From assembly GCA_002441545.1 (NCBI GenBank), contig DJWL01000005.1, positions 7,533 to 71,532 of the forward strand: a DNA stretch of 64,000 bases, read 5' to 3'. Made by a program: the position numbers and the translations under genes. Positions 1 to 8,912 of this stretch are shown here, piece by piece. The notes under the pieces are model-generated. The model saw only the letters and a program-made list of their open reading frames with translations. It was not told the DNA's origin and made no database searches. Numbering within the stretch: position 1 is the stretch's first letter; the number at the start of each line of letters is the position of its first letter. Source of the DNA: Flavobacteriaceae bacterium UBA6231 (GTDB lineage: Bacteria > Bacteroidota > Bacteroidia > Flavobacteriales > Flavobacteriaceae).

Positions 1-524
1 GCAACTAATATGTAAATACCTCCTGAAATCCATATATTAAAAAAAGCGCTCAAACTACCAAAAACATATAGTATTGGAGATATTTTTCCCTTTAAGTCTT
101 TGCCAAGAGCCTTTACTAATATAGACTCTTTTCCATGACTTTTTATTATTATAGTTTGCAAAATCCAATAAGCGATAGATGACAACAGTAATATAATTCC
201 ATATAAAAATACTGAAGCAATAGTAAAATGGTTTTCACCCATCCATCCCGTTACAAATGGTATGATAGATAACCAAAATAACAGATGCATATTTGCCCAA
301 AGCATACTTCCGTTAACTTGCTTAACGGTTTGCATCATATGGTGATGATTATTCCAATAAATAGCTAAATAAATAAAGCTTAAGATGTAGCTACTAAAAA
401 CTGGTATTAAAGGTTTTAAATCTTCAAAATATCCTCCATGAGGAACTTTCAATTCTAAAACCATAATGGTTATGATTATTGCTAAAACCCCATCGGTAAA
501 TGCTTCTAAACGTCCTTTTGTCAT
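1..524 (-). CDS. TMEM175/DUF1211 family K+ channel-like membrane protein (runs off the left edge; absent from ORF track)
   Basis: Manual translation from ATG 524: MTKGRLEAFTDGVLAIIITIMVLELKVPHGG...YWNNHHHM..., open to base 1. The RLEAF(S/T)DGVLAI motif is the family signature. Confidence 0.9.
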   Translation of the reverse strand, partial: MTKGRLEAFTDGVLAIIITIMVLELKVPHGGYFEDLKPLIPVFSSYILSFIYLAIYWNNHHHMMQTVKQVNGSMLWANMHLLFWLSIIPFVTGWMGENHFTIASVFLYGIILLLSSIAYWILQTIIIKSHGKESILVKALGKDLKGKISPILYVFGSLSAFFNIWISGGIYILV

Positions 525-625
525 CAAATTAATATTTTATAAATACTAATTTATAAATTTAATCTGAACAAAAACAGGATAAGTTAAGCATCAAGCCAAA
601 ACCTGATGCTTTTTGAACGTTTTAA

Positions 626-3600
626 TTATTTTTTTAAGTATTTAACATATTTTCTGTAAGCAAAATAGCCAACAATAGCTAAAAATAAAACAGCTCCAAT
701 TATAAATTTAACACTCACTATTTGATCGCCACTAGCATAAGAATGTAATCCTGCTAAATAAAAATTAACTCCAAAATATGTCATCATAATGCTTGAATAG
801 GCAGCTACAGACATAAGGTTAAAAAACCAGCGCCCTCTTAAACCTGGAATCAATCGCATATGAATTACAAAAGCATAAACCATAATACTTATAAGTGCCC
901 AAGTTTCTTTTGGGTCCCAACCCCAATAACGCCCCCAACTTTCATTGGCCCACATACCTCCTAAAAAGTTTCCTATGGTTAACATTACTAAACCAACTGT
1001 TAAAGACATTTCATTGATTATTGATAGTTCATTGATGTTAACTATCATTTTTTCTTTATTCTCTTTATTGGTGAAAATCATTAAAAATAGAGCTACCAAA
1101 CCTAATATCATTCCTAATGTAAATGGTCCATAACTAGCAACAATCACGGCAACGTGAATCATCAACCAGTAACTGTTTAAAACTGGTTGTAAATTCGCAA
1201 TTGCAGGATCCATCCAATTCCAATGAGCTACCATTAATATCATTGAAGCAACAAAAGCTGTTGAAGCTATAGTAAGATCACTTTTTCTACCAAACAATAA
1301 ACCAAACAACATAGTTGCCCAAGCCACATAAATCATTGATTCGTAAGCATCACTCCACGGAGCATGACCGGATATATACCAACGAGCAACCAAACCTGCT
1401 GTATGAAGAATGAATAATAAAAGGATTGAAATTTTAAATATATTGATCAATACATTTAGTAGCTTACTTTTACTTTTAAAAATCTGAATTATAAGAATTA
1501 TAAAAAGTAAAGAACCTGCGTACATATACCAACTAAACAGTTTTTTAAAGATATCATACTTGTTATACAACACTTCGGTTTTTACTTTTTTATCGCTCAT
1601 CATTACTGATGCTCCATACTGATGTTGAGTTTTTTTAAATGCATTTAAAAGTTTATCTGCTTCTTTAAAATTTCCAGATTGTTTAGCTTCATTTAAGGTG
1701 ATTAAATATGCTCTAAAACCATTATTGATAAAATTAGCATATAACGAATCCTTTATATTGTAATTTTTGGTTCTAAATTCTGTTGAAGAAATCCATTTAT
1801 TATTGGCATCATCTGGAACAGGGAATATTTTAAGAGACCTTCCTTCAATGGTGTTATATAATAAATTTACACGTTGATCAGCTTCTTTAAATTCTTTTTG
1901 AAAAGCATTTGGCACTTGTGCTTTATAAGCCTCGTCAAGAAAAGGAGCTAATTTATATTCTCCCTTTTCTGTAAAAAAATCGGCAAGTGTAGCAAACTTT
2001 TCTTCTTTAGGAAGACCAATTAAATGTCTAATTGAATCTGCTTTTTGAAGCTTTAAATAGATTATTGGTGTATTGTACCATAACATTGGGCTTTCTTGTA
2101 TAGATAGAAATACCTGATTAGCATCAAACCCTTCATATGCATCATTTTTGCTTAATTTTCTAAGCATTTCTGAAGCATATGTATTAACCGGCATCATTCT
2201 TCCACTAAGGTCTTGAATAACTAAATGTCCGAATTTATCGGCATGTTCCTTTGGCGTTATGTTAGCCTTTAAAACAGAATCTATTTGAGTTTTTGTTGGT
2301 TTTGAATGATTATGACCATCATTTTCAGAGTGTCCTTGGGAAAATGCATTCAATCCAAAACAAAATAAAAGAATAGCAAGAAACTTTGATTTTTTAGATT
2401 TAATTGCATCCAATTGATTTTTAAGGAAATCAAAACGTGTATGCTTAGTAAATAAAATAGCCAATAGTCCAAAGAATAACATAAAATATCCAATATAAGT
2501 AACCCATGTCCCCCAAAAGTCATGGTTTACAGATAATACAGTTCCTTTTTCATCTTGATCAAAACTAGATTGAAAAAAACGATAACCTCTGTGATCAAGG
2601 ATGTTATTCATGAAAATTTTATAATCAAAATCTCCTTTTTCTTTATCAAAAACTGTTACTTTACTTGAATACGAAGAATACCCTCTTTCTGTTCCTGGAT
2701 ATCGTTCTGCTTCAAAATCATTTAATTTAATTGAAAATGGCAGTTCAAGTACTTTAGCTCCATATTGAAGATTTATATCTAAACCTCCAACTGTAACCTT
2801 TTTAAAAGCATTATTTGAGCCTTTGCCACCTAGTACGCCAACTGTTTTAGTTTCTCCGTTTGTTGTTATTTTAAGCAATAAACCATCTTCATCAAAAGTA
2901 TTTAACATTTGAGATTTTTTAACCAAATCAAATTTACCCTTAATAACTGGTTTTGGGAATACCATTTGAAAATTACCTATAACATATCTTGATCTTAAAT
3001 GTAAAGGCTGAAGGCTATCTTTAACCAAAACACCTTTAGTCATAGTTGCCATGGTCATATATTCACCATCAAAAGGCGATTCAATAAAAATACCATCATC
3101 ATTATTAGTAATATTTACAGCTCCTTTAGTAGGAGAATTAAGTGAAAACAATACATTATGAATGATCATTATCTGCCCTTCTTTCAAGAAATGATTATGA
3201 GCACCACCATCACTGGCTTCAACTATTTTTAAATAATTATCACCTGCTTCATCTGGAACAATATCTTCTTCTGCTCCCTGTAAAAATTTTTCTAACTCGA
3301 TACGAACGGGTTGTTGATCGTACTTGGCGTTAATTGAAAACTTATTATTTAGTCTTGGAGAAAAATCAACCTCTTTTTCAATAGGCAAACGTTGTGCAAC
3401 ACCATCAATTTTATAATCGCCGTCAATGTAAACTGTTAGATATGTTTTTTGAGTTAAGAATTTGTTTTCTGTGGCTCCTTCTCGTATAGCCATCACACCT
3501 TCAAAACTTGCATATCGTGTAATAAATGCACCTAAAAGAATAAAAACAAAGGCTAAATGCAATAAAAATGTAGCCCATTTTTCTTTCTTATAAAGCTTAT

Positions 3601-3814
3601 ATTTAAAAATATTCCCTGCAAAATTTATTACAAAAAACACTAAAATGGCTTCAAACCACCAAGCATTGTAAATTAATGTTCTTGTAAATGGCGTGGGAGA
3701 CGTTTTTTGTCCGGCATCTAAAAATGTTCCGGCAATCATTGCGCCTGCAAATACTAAGAATAAGACGGCAGTTAATCTTGTTGAAAAAAGAATTTTGGAT
3801 ATTTTATTTAACAT
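626..3814 (-). CDS. ccsA: Fused system II cytochrome c biogenesis protein (CcsB/ResB + CcsA/ResC)
   Basis: 1062 aa multi-TM protein; N-terminal ResB-like region; WGRYWGWDPKETW WWD motif; conserved His in TM segments. Confidence 0.93.
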   Translation of the reverse strand: MLNKISKILFSTRLTAVLFLVFAGAMIAGTFLDAGQKTSPTPFTRTLIYNAWWFEAILVFFVINFAGNIFKYKLYKKEKWATFLLHLAFVFILLGAFITRYASFEGVMAIREGATENKFLTQKTYLTVYIDGDYKIDGVAQRLPIEKEVDFSPRLNNKFSINAKYDQQPVRIELEKFLQGAEEDIVPDEAGDNYLKIVEASDGGAHNHFLKEGQIMIIHNVLFSLNSPTKGAVNITNNDDGIFIESPFDGEYMTMATMTKGVLVKDSLQPLHLRSRYVIGNFQMVFPKPVIKGKFDLVKKSQMLNTFDEDGLLLKITTNGETKTVGVLGGKGSNNAFKKVTVGGLDINLQYGAKVLELPFSIKLNDFEAERYPGTERGYSSYSSKVTVFDKEKGDFDYKIFMNNILDHRGYRFFQSSFDQDEKGTVLSVNHDFWGTWVTYIGYFMLFFGLLAILFTKHTRFDFLKNQLDAIKSKKSKFLAILLFCFGLNAFSQGHSENDGHNHSKPTKTQIDSVLKANITPKEHADKFGHLVIQDLSGRMMPVNTYASEMLRKLSKNDAYEGFDANQVFLSIQESPMLWYNTPIIYLKLQKADSIRHLIGLPKEEKFATLADFFTEKGEYKLAPFLDEAYKAQVPNAFQKEFKEADQRVNLLYNTIEGRSLKIFPVPDDANNKWISSTEFRTKNYNIKDSLYANFINNGFRAYLITLNEAKQSGNFKEADKLLNAFKKTQHQYGASVMMSDKKVKTEVLYNKYDIFKKLFSWYMYAGSLLFIILIIQIFKSKSKLLNVLINIFKISILLLFILHTAGLVARWYISGHAPWSDAYESMIYVAWATMLFGLLFGRKSDLTIASTAFVASMILMVAHWNWMDPAIANLQPVLNSYWLMIHVAVIVASYGPFTLGMILGLVALFLMIFTNKENKEKMIVNINELSIINEMSLTVGLVMLTIGNFLGGMWANESWGRYWGWDPKETWALISIMVYAFVIHMRLIPGLRGRWFFNLMSVAAYSSIMMTYFGVNFYLAGLHSYASGDQIVSVKFIIGAVLFLAIVGYFAYRKYVKYLKK

Positions 3815-3870
3815 GGTGATTGATATCTTTTAAAAGTTCAACAAATTTATGGCATTTAGTTTATTTAGAA

Positions 3871-3884
3871 ATGATATAAATCAT
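3871..3884. promoter_or_regulatory. FNR-like palindrome ATGAT-ATAA-ATCAT upstream of ccsBA
   Basis: Perfect 5-4-5 inverted repeat, centred 35.5 bp from the terminal G of a TAAATTTG -7 element (3842-3849, minus strand). Confidence 0.6.
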
Positions 3885-3917
3885 AAAAATCATCTTAAAT
3901 TTTTATTTATAAATTGC

Positions 3918-4307
3918 TCATTCTTGTCTTGTCTCAAAAATTTTAAGGTATAAAAATGTACTCATCTTTCTAGCTCGTCTTTTTGCGTTTTCTGCATAAT
4001 CACCAACAAATAATTCGTCAATGGTTTCAAACCAAAGGTTTAGCCAAATGCCAAAATGCAATTGAGAAATCGAATTATTATTATTTTGATCAACTTTAAC
4101 ATGCACTTCTAATGGATTTCCTAAATATTTCGTTTTTAAAAATAAATTTGATTCCCAAAAAGTTGTTAATCTATTTAAATGCTCATCCCAATCCTTAATA
4201 GCTTCGTTAAAAAAAGGAGCTAATATTTCATTCTTTCTAACTTTATTATAAAAAGATGAAACCAACAAAAAAACATCTTCACGAGTTTTAATATCTTTTT
4301 TTTCCAT
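3918..4307 (-). CDS. Group III truncated hemoglobin
   Basis: DIKTREDVFLLVSSFYNKVR...FF...WDEHL...FW...H...HF..WL.LW pattern. ATG 4307 preferred because the track's TTG lies in a TATCTTTG promoter element (4314-4321). Confidence 0.88.
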   Translation of the reverse strand: MEKKDIKTREDVFLLVSSFYNKVRKNEILAPFFNEAIKDWDEHLNRLTTFWESNLFLKTKYLGNPLEVHVKVDQNNNNSISQLHFGIWLNLWFETIDELFVGDYAENAKRRARKMSTFLYLKIFETRQE

Positions 4308-4366
4308 ATCAAACAAAGATACATGATTAGCTTTTATATAACGTAATACTTACTTATTTTAGCATT

Positions 4367-5134
4367 ATGATTTCTGTAGTTATTTTGGGCGCTGGAAATG
4401 TTGCCACTCATTTATTTAAAGCTTTTAGTAAAGCTGACAATGTAATTGTAAATCAATGGTTTAATAGAAATTTAAAATCTATTGATTATTATAAAAACAT
4501 GGTTGAGGTAACTGACAACTTATCCAATTTAAAAGAAGCTGATGTTTATATTATAGCAGTTAGTGATGATGCTGTTGCTAAACTTTCTGCTCAACTTCCA
4601 TTTGAAAACAAGCTTGTAGTTCATACTTCTGGAAGTGTTGGTTTGTATGATTTAGATAAAAAACTTCATCGTGGTGTATTTTATCCGCTTCAAACTTTTA
4701 GTAAAGAGGCAGAAGTAAACTTTTCAAATGTGCCAATTTGTATTGAAACAGCAAGCAAAGAACACTTTAGCATATTGAAGCTTTTAGCTAAATCAATTGG
4801 AAGTACTAGTTATAGAGTTAATAGCGATCAAAGAAGTTCTTTGCATTTAGCGGCTGTATTTGTAAATAATTTTACAAATCAATTATATAGAATTGCACAC
4901 GAAATTACAGAAGCAACAAGCACTGAATTTGATATACTAAAACCCCTTATTTTAGAAACTGCCAATAAAGTTCAAACCATTTCACCATACATGGCTCAAA
5001 CTGGTCCAGCTAAAAGGAATGACAAAAAAACAATAAAAAAACATCTAAAAAAATTAGAAGGTTCACCTCATAAAGCTGTTTATGAGCTATTAACCGCATC
5101 AATACAAAAAACACATGGAAGAAAAAAGTTATAA
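4367..5134 (+). CDS. Rossmann-like + DUF2520 domain oxidoreductase
   Basis: GAGNVA nucleotide-binding motif, HTSGS, FYPLQTFS, HLAAVFVNNF, QTGPAKRND. Confidence 0.85.
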   Translation: MISVVILGAGNVATHLFKAFSKADNVIVNQWFNRNLKSIDYYKNMVEVTDNLSNLKEADVYIIAVSDDAVAKLSAQLPFENKLVVHTSGSVGLYDLDKKLHRGVFYPLQTFSKEAEVNFSNVPICIETASKEHFSILKLLAKSIGSTSYRVNSDQRSSLHLAAVFVNNFTNQLYRIAHEITEATSTEFDILKPLILETANKVQTISPYMAQTGPAKRNDKKTIKKHLKKLEGSPHKAVYELLTASIQKTHGRKKL

Positions 5135-5645
5135 AGAATACTTACAACATATCACAACTTTTATTTTAGATGTAGATGGTGTATTAACCGACAGTACTGT
5201 AACGATAACTGATGATGGAAATTTACTGAGAAAAATGAGTGTTAGAGATGGATATGCCATAAAAACTGCAACAGATTTAGGGTATAATTTCTGCATTATT
5301 ACCGGTGGTTCAAGTGAAGGTGTACGCATGCGTTTAGAAGGGTTAGGTATAAAAGATATTTATCTGGGTTCTCATAATAAAATTGAACATTTTAACGAAT
5401 ATGTTAAAAAGTATCAAATTAAACCTGAAAATGTGCTCTATATGGGTGATGATATTCCAGACTATCCTGTGATGAAATGTGTTGGATTACCTTGTTGTCC
5501 ACAAGATGCTGCACCCGAAATAAAGAATATTTCCAAATACATTTCCCATAAAAATGGTGGTTTTGGTGCCGTTAGAGATGTTATTGAACAGGTTTTAAAA
5601 GTTCAGGAAAAATGGAGTGGAAATTTTGATGCTAAGTATGATTAA
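5115..5645 (+). CDS. kdsC: KDO 8-phosphate phosphatase (HAD IIIA)
   Basis: LDVDGVLTD, DGYAI, IITGG, YMGDDIPD, GGFGAVRDVIE motifs. Confidence 0.88.
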   Translation: MEEKSYKEYLQHITTFILDVDGVLTDSTVTITDDGNLLRKMSVRDGYAIKTATDLGYNFCIITGGSSEGVRMRLEGLGIKDIYLGSHNKIEHFNEYVKKYQIKPENVLYMGDDIPDYPVMKCVGLPCCPQDAAPEIKNISKYISHKNGGFGAVRDVIEQVLKVQEKWSGNFDAKYD

Positions 5646-5648
5646 ATC

Positions 5649-6566
5649 ATGACTAGTTTTTTAAATCTTATCCGCTATAAAAACCTGTTAATGATTGCTT
5701 TAGTGCAAAGTCTTATTAAATACGGCCTTTTAGTTCCATTTGGCATAAGTACTTCTCTTGATAATTTTGAGTTTTCACTATTAGTGTTTTCAACTATTTG
5801 TATTGCAGCCGGAGGAAACATTATCAATGATATTTATGATGTTGAAACAGATGCTATCAACAAACCAGAAAAGATAATTGTTGGGAAATTAATTTCAGAA
5901 AAAACAGCTTATAACCTGTTTATCATACTTAATGTTTTAGGTGTTGGTTTAGGTTTTTTTGTTTCTTATGTCGTTGGTAAAAGTGAATTGTTTTCAATTT
6001 TTGTAATTGTATCAGCACTACTCTATGTGTATGCCAGTTATTTAAAACAAATGTTTTTAATTGGAAACATAATCATTTCTGCTTTAGTTGCCCTAAGTAT
6101 TATAATCGTTGGTATTTTTGAATTAATTCCTGCTATTACGTCTCAAAATCAAGGTATTCAATTAGCTTTTTTTAGAATATTGCTAGACTATGCATTGTTT
6201 GCTTTCATTATAAATTTAATTCGTGAAATTGTAAAAGACATTGAGGATTTTGATGGAGATTATAAATCTGGAATGCATACATTACCAATTGTTATTGGCA
6301 AGGAAAAAGCTTCAAAAGTCTTATTTCTATTATCTTTTATTCCACTAGGAACAGTAATTTATTATATTAACAGTAATCTTTACAAACAACCAATTGCTGT
6401 CATATATTTTTTGATTTTCATAATAGCTCCATTAATTTATTTAAGCATATTAATTTTTAATGCAAGAACTAAAAAGGACTTCCATGTTATTAGCAACCTT
6501 CTTAAATTAGTTATGCTCTTGGGGATGCTATCAATTTTACTATACAAGATTATTTTATTACCATAA
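5649..6566 (+). CDS. UbiA-family prenyltransferase, DGGGP-synthase-like
   Basis: NIINDIYDVETDAINKP and REIVKDIEDFDGD Asp-rich motifs; multi-TM. Confidence 0.85.
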   Translation: MTSFLNLIRYKNLLMIALVQSLIKYGLLVPFGISTSLDNFEFSLLVFSTICIAAGGNIINDIYDVETDAINKPEKIIVGKLISEKTAYNLFIILNVLGVGLGFFVSYVVGKSELFSIFVIVSALLYVYASYLKQMFLIGNIIISALVALSIIIVGIFELIPAITSQNQGIQLAFFRILLDYALFAFIINLIREIVKDIEDFDGDYKSGMHTLPIVIGKEKASKVLFLLSFIPLGTVIYYINSNLYKQPIAVIYFLIFIIAPLIYLSILIFNARTKKDFHVISNLLKLVMLLGMLSILLYKIILLP

Positions 6567-7162
6567 TGTTAAACGAAAAATTAAAAGACTACCATATTAT
6601 TTTAGCTTCTGGATCACCTAGAAGACAATTGTTTTTTAAAGAGTTAGGAGTTGATTTTGAAATTAGGTTAAAGCCTGTGGTAGAAGAATACCCAATAAGA
6701 TTGCGCCATTTTGAGATAAGTGATTACTTAGCTCAATTAAAGGCTTTGCCCTTTAAAGATGATTTAAAGGATAAAGAAATTCTTATAACAAGTGATACTA
6801 TTGTTTGGCATAACAACAAAGCTTTAGGAAAACCTATTAATGAAACTGATGCTTTCAATATGCTGAAATCAATCAGTAATGCTACACACGAAGTTATTAC
6901 ATCGGTTTGTTTTACTTCAAAAACATCGCAAAAAACTTTAAGCGATATTACCAAAGTGACTTTTAAAAATCTTACGGATGATGAAATAAATTATTATATA
7001 AAAACCTGCAAACCATTTGATAAGGCTGGAGCCTATGGCATCCAAGAATGGATTGGACAAATTGGTGTAACTAAAATTGAAGGGTCTTATTTTAATGTTA
7101 TGGGACTACCCGTACATTTAGTATATAAAGTGTTAACAGAAATTTCAACACAAAAACTATAA
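6566..7162 (+). CDS. maf: Maf-family nucleoside triphosphate pyrophosphatase
   Basis: ILASGSPRR, ITSDTIV, GKP, DKAGAYGIQ, NVMGLP. Confidence 0.93.
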   Translation: MLNEKLKDYHIILASGSPRRQLFFKELGVDFEIRLKPVVEEYPIRLRHFEISDYLAQLKALPFKDDLKDKEILITSDTIVWHNNKALGKPINETDAFNMLKSISNATHEVITSVCFTSKTSQKTLSDITKVTFKNLTDDEINYYIKTCKPFDKAGAYGIQEWIGQIGVTKIEGSYFNVMGLPVHLVYKVLTEISTQKL

Positions 7163-7198
7163 ACCAACGTATATTTACGTTAGTAAATATTTATATAT

Positions 7199-7729
7199 AT
7201 GAAAACAGCATTAGATACCTATTTTTGGGAAATAATAAACACAGTTATTCTTATATTATTTTTTATCCTTTTAAATTTTATCCTGAAAAAGGTTTTAAAA
7301 GGTGTTGGAAAAAGAAGTAATATAAATATTGCACGGGTAAAACTTATAAATAGATACATTACTGTTACCTTAATTTTAATTGCTTTATTAATTGAAGCCT
7401 TTGTGCTTGGTGCAGAACGCGATCAAATTGCTTTGGTGTTTTCATCTGTCTTTGCGGTAGTAGGTATTGCTTTATTTGCCATTTGGTCCATTTTAAGCAA
7501 TATAACATCTGGTGTTATTATGTTTTTTTCCTTTCCTTATAAAGTAGGTGATAAAATAATGATACACGATAAAGATTTTCCTTTAGAAGCCATTATTGAA
7601 GACATTGGAGCCTTTCAACTTCATTTAAGATTAGACAATGGCAACCTAGTTACCTATCCTAATAACCTCATGTTACAAAAAGCCGTCACGCTTATTCAAA
7701 AAGATGCAATTGATGAAGAATACGATTAA
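7199..7729 (+). CDS. Small-conductance mechanosensitive channel family protein
   Basis: Three TM helices, then LSNITSGVIMFFSFPYKVGDKI...YPNN. Confidence 0.85.
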   Translation: MKTALDTYFWEIINTVILILFFILLNFILKKVLKGVGKRSNINIARVKLINRYITVTLILIALLIEAFVLGAERDQIALVFSSVFAVVGIALFAIWSILSNITSGVIMFFSFPYKVGDKIMIHDKDFPLEAIIEDIGAFQLHLRLDNGNLVTYPNNLMLQKAVTLIQKDAIDEEYD

Positions 7730-7758
7730 AACGCTATATTTATAACATTAACAGTGTT

Positions 7759-8826
7759 ATGGCAAAAAATAGAACTTCAAAATACAATAAGAAAATTGGT
7801 TTAAGCCCTGGCTCCATTGTTTACACTGGAGATAAAGAAACACAAAAGCTATCCATTGAATCCTTTGATTATAACAGTGAATCTGTTGATGAAAAAACAC
7901 ACAGTCAAATTGAAGATGTTTTTCATTTTAAAACAACTAAATCTGTTAGCTGGGTAAATATTAATGGATTAAATCATGTAGATGCTATTGAAAAAATAGG
8001 TTCTCACTATAATTTACATCCGCTAACACTTGAAGACATTGTAAACACGTCACACAGACCAAAACTTGATGATTATGACAACTATGTCTTTGTTGTTTTA
8101 AAAATGCTTTATTATGATAAAGACGAACAAGTTGTTACTGAGCAAGTAAGTTTTATTTTGGGAGAAAGTTATGTGTTAAGTTTTCAAGAAGCTGAAGGCG
8201 ATGTTTTTAATACCGTTAGAGAACGCATAAGATACGCAAAAGGACGTATTAGAACGTTAGGCTCCGATTACTTATTGTACACACTAATTGATGCAGTAAC
8301 AGATCATTACTTTATAATTATTGAAAGACTGAGCAATAAAATTGAAGATCTAGAAGACAATTTATTCAATGGGTTTTCACAGGAAGAAATAAGCCAGCAG
8401 ATTCAAAATTTAAAAAGAGAAGTTCTAAAAGTTCGTCGTGCTATCTTTCCTTTACGAGAGATTATTGGTAAAATTGAAAAGAATGAAAACAATTTTATAA
8501 AAGACAAGACCATTCATTATTTTAGAGACGTTTATGATCATGTAATTCAAATTTCAGAGAATATTGAAATTTACAGAGAGATGATTTGGGGCCTTATGGA
8601 TATGTATATGACTACTATAAGCAATAAAATGAATGAAGTTATGAAAGTGCTAACTATAATTTCAACCATTTTTATTCCTCTTACATTTATGGCTGGTATC
8701 TATGGGATGAATTTTGATAATATTCCAGAACTTCATTATAAATATGCTTATTTCATTTTATGGGGCATCATGATTGTATTGTTCCTTTCCATGCTATATT
8801 ATTTCAAAAAGAAAAAATGGTTTTAA
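7759..8826 (+). CDS. corA: Magnesium/cobalt transporter CorA
   Basis: LHPLTLEDI, MNEVMKVLTI, GIYGMNF signature. Confidence 0.95.
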   Translation: MAKNRTSKYNKKIGLSPGSIVYTGDKETQKLSIESFDYNSESVDEKTHSQIEDVFHFKTTKSVSWVNINGLNHVDAIEKIGSHYNLHPLTLEDIVNTSHRPKLDDYDNYVFVVLKMLYYDKDEQVVTEQVSFILGESYVLSFQEAEGDVFNTVRERIRYAKGRIRTLGSDYLLYTLIDAVTDHYFIIIERLSNKIEDLEDNLFNGFSQEEISQQIQNLKREVLKVRRAIFPLREIIGKIEKNENNFIKDKTIHYFRDVYDHVIQISENIEIYREMIWGLMDMYMTTISNKMNEVMKVLTIISTIFIPLTFMAGIYGMNFDNIPELHYKYAYFILWGIMIVLFLSMLYYFKKKKWF

Positions 8827-8912
8827 TTTCCTTATATAATTCGTTAAAGAAACATTAAAAGCAAGGATTTGGCTAGTATCTTTTTCTATATTTGGTTTAT
8901 TCCAAACAAAAG

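Noticed and set aside
4339-4356. TAACGTA-ATACT-TACTTA resembling the nitrate operator
   Set aside because: Spacer is 5 nt rather than 4, the left half is imperfect, and the flanking genes are unrelated.
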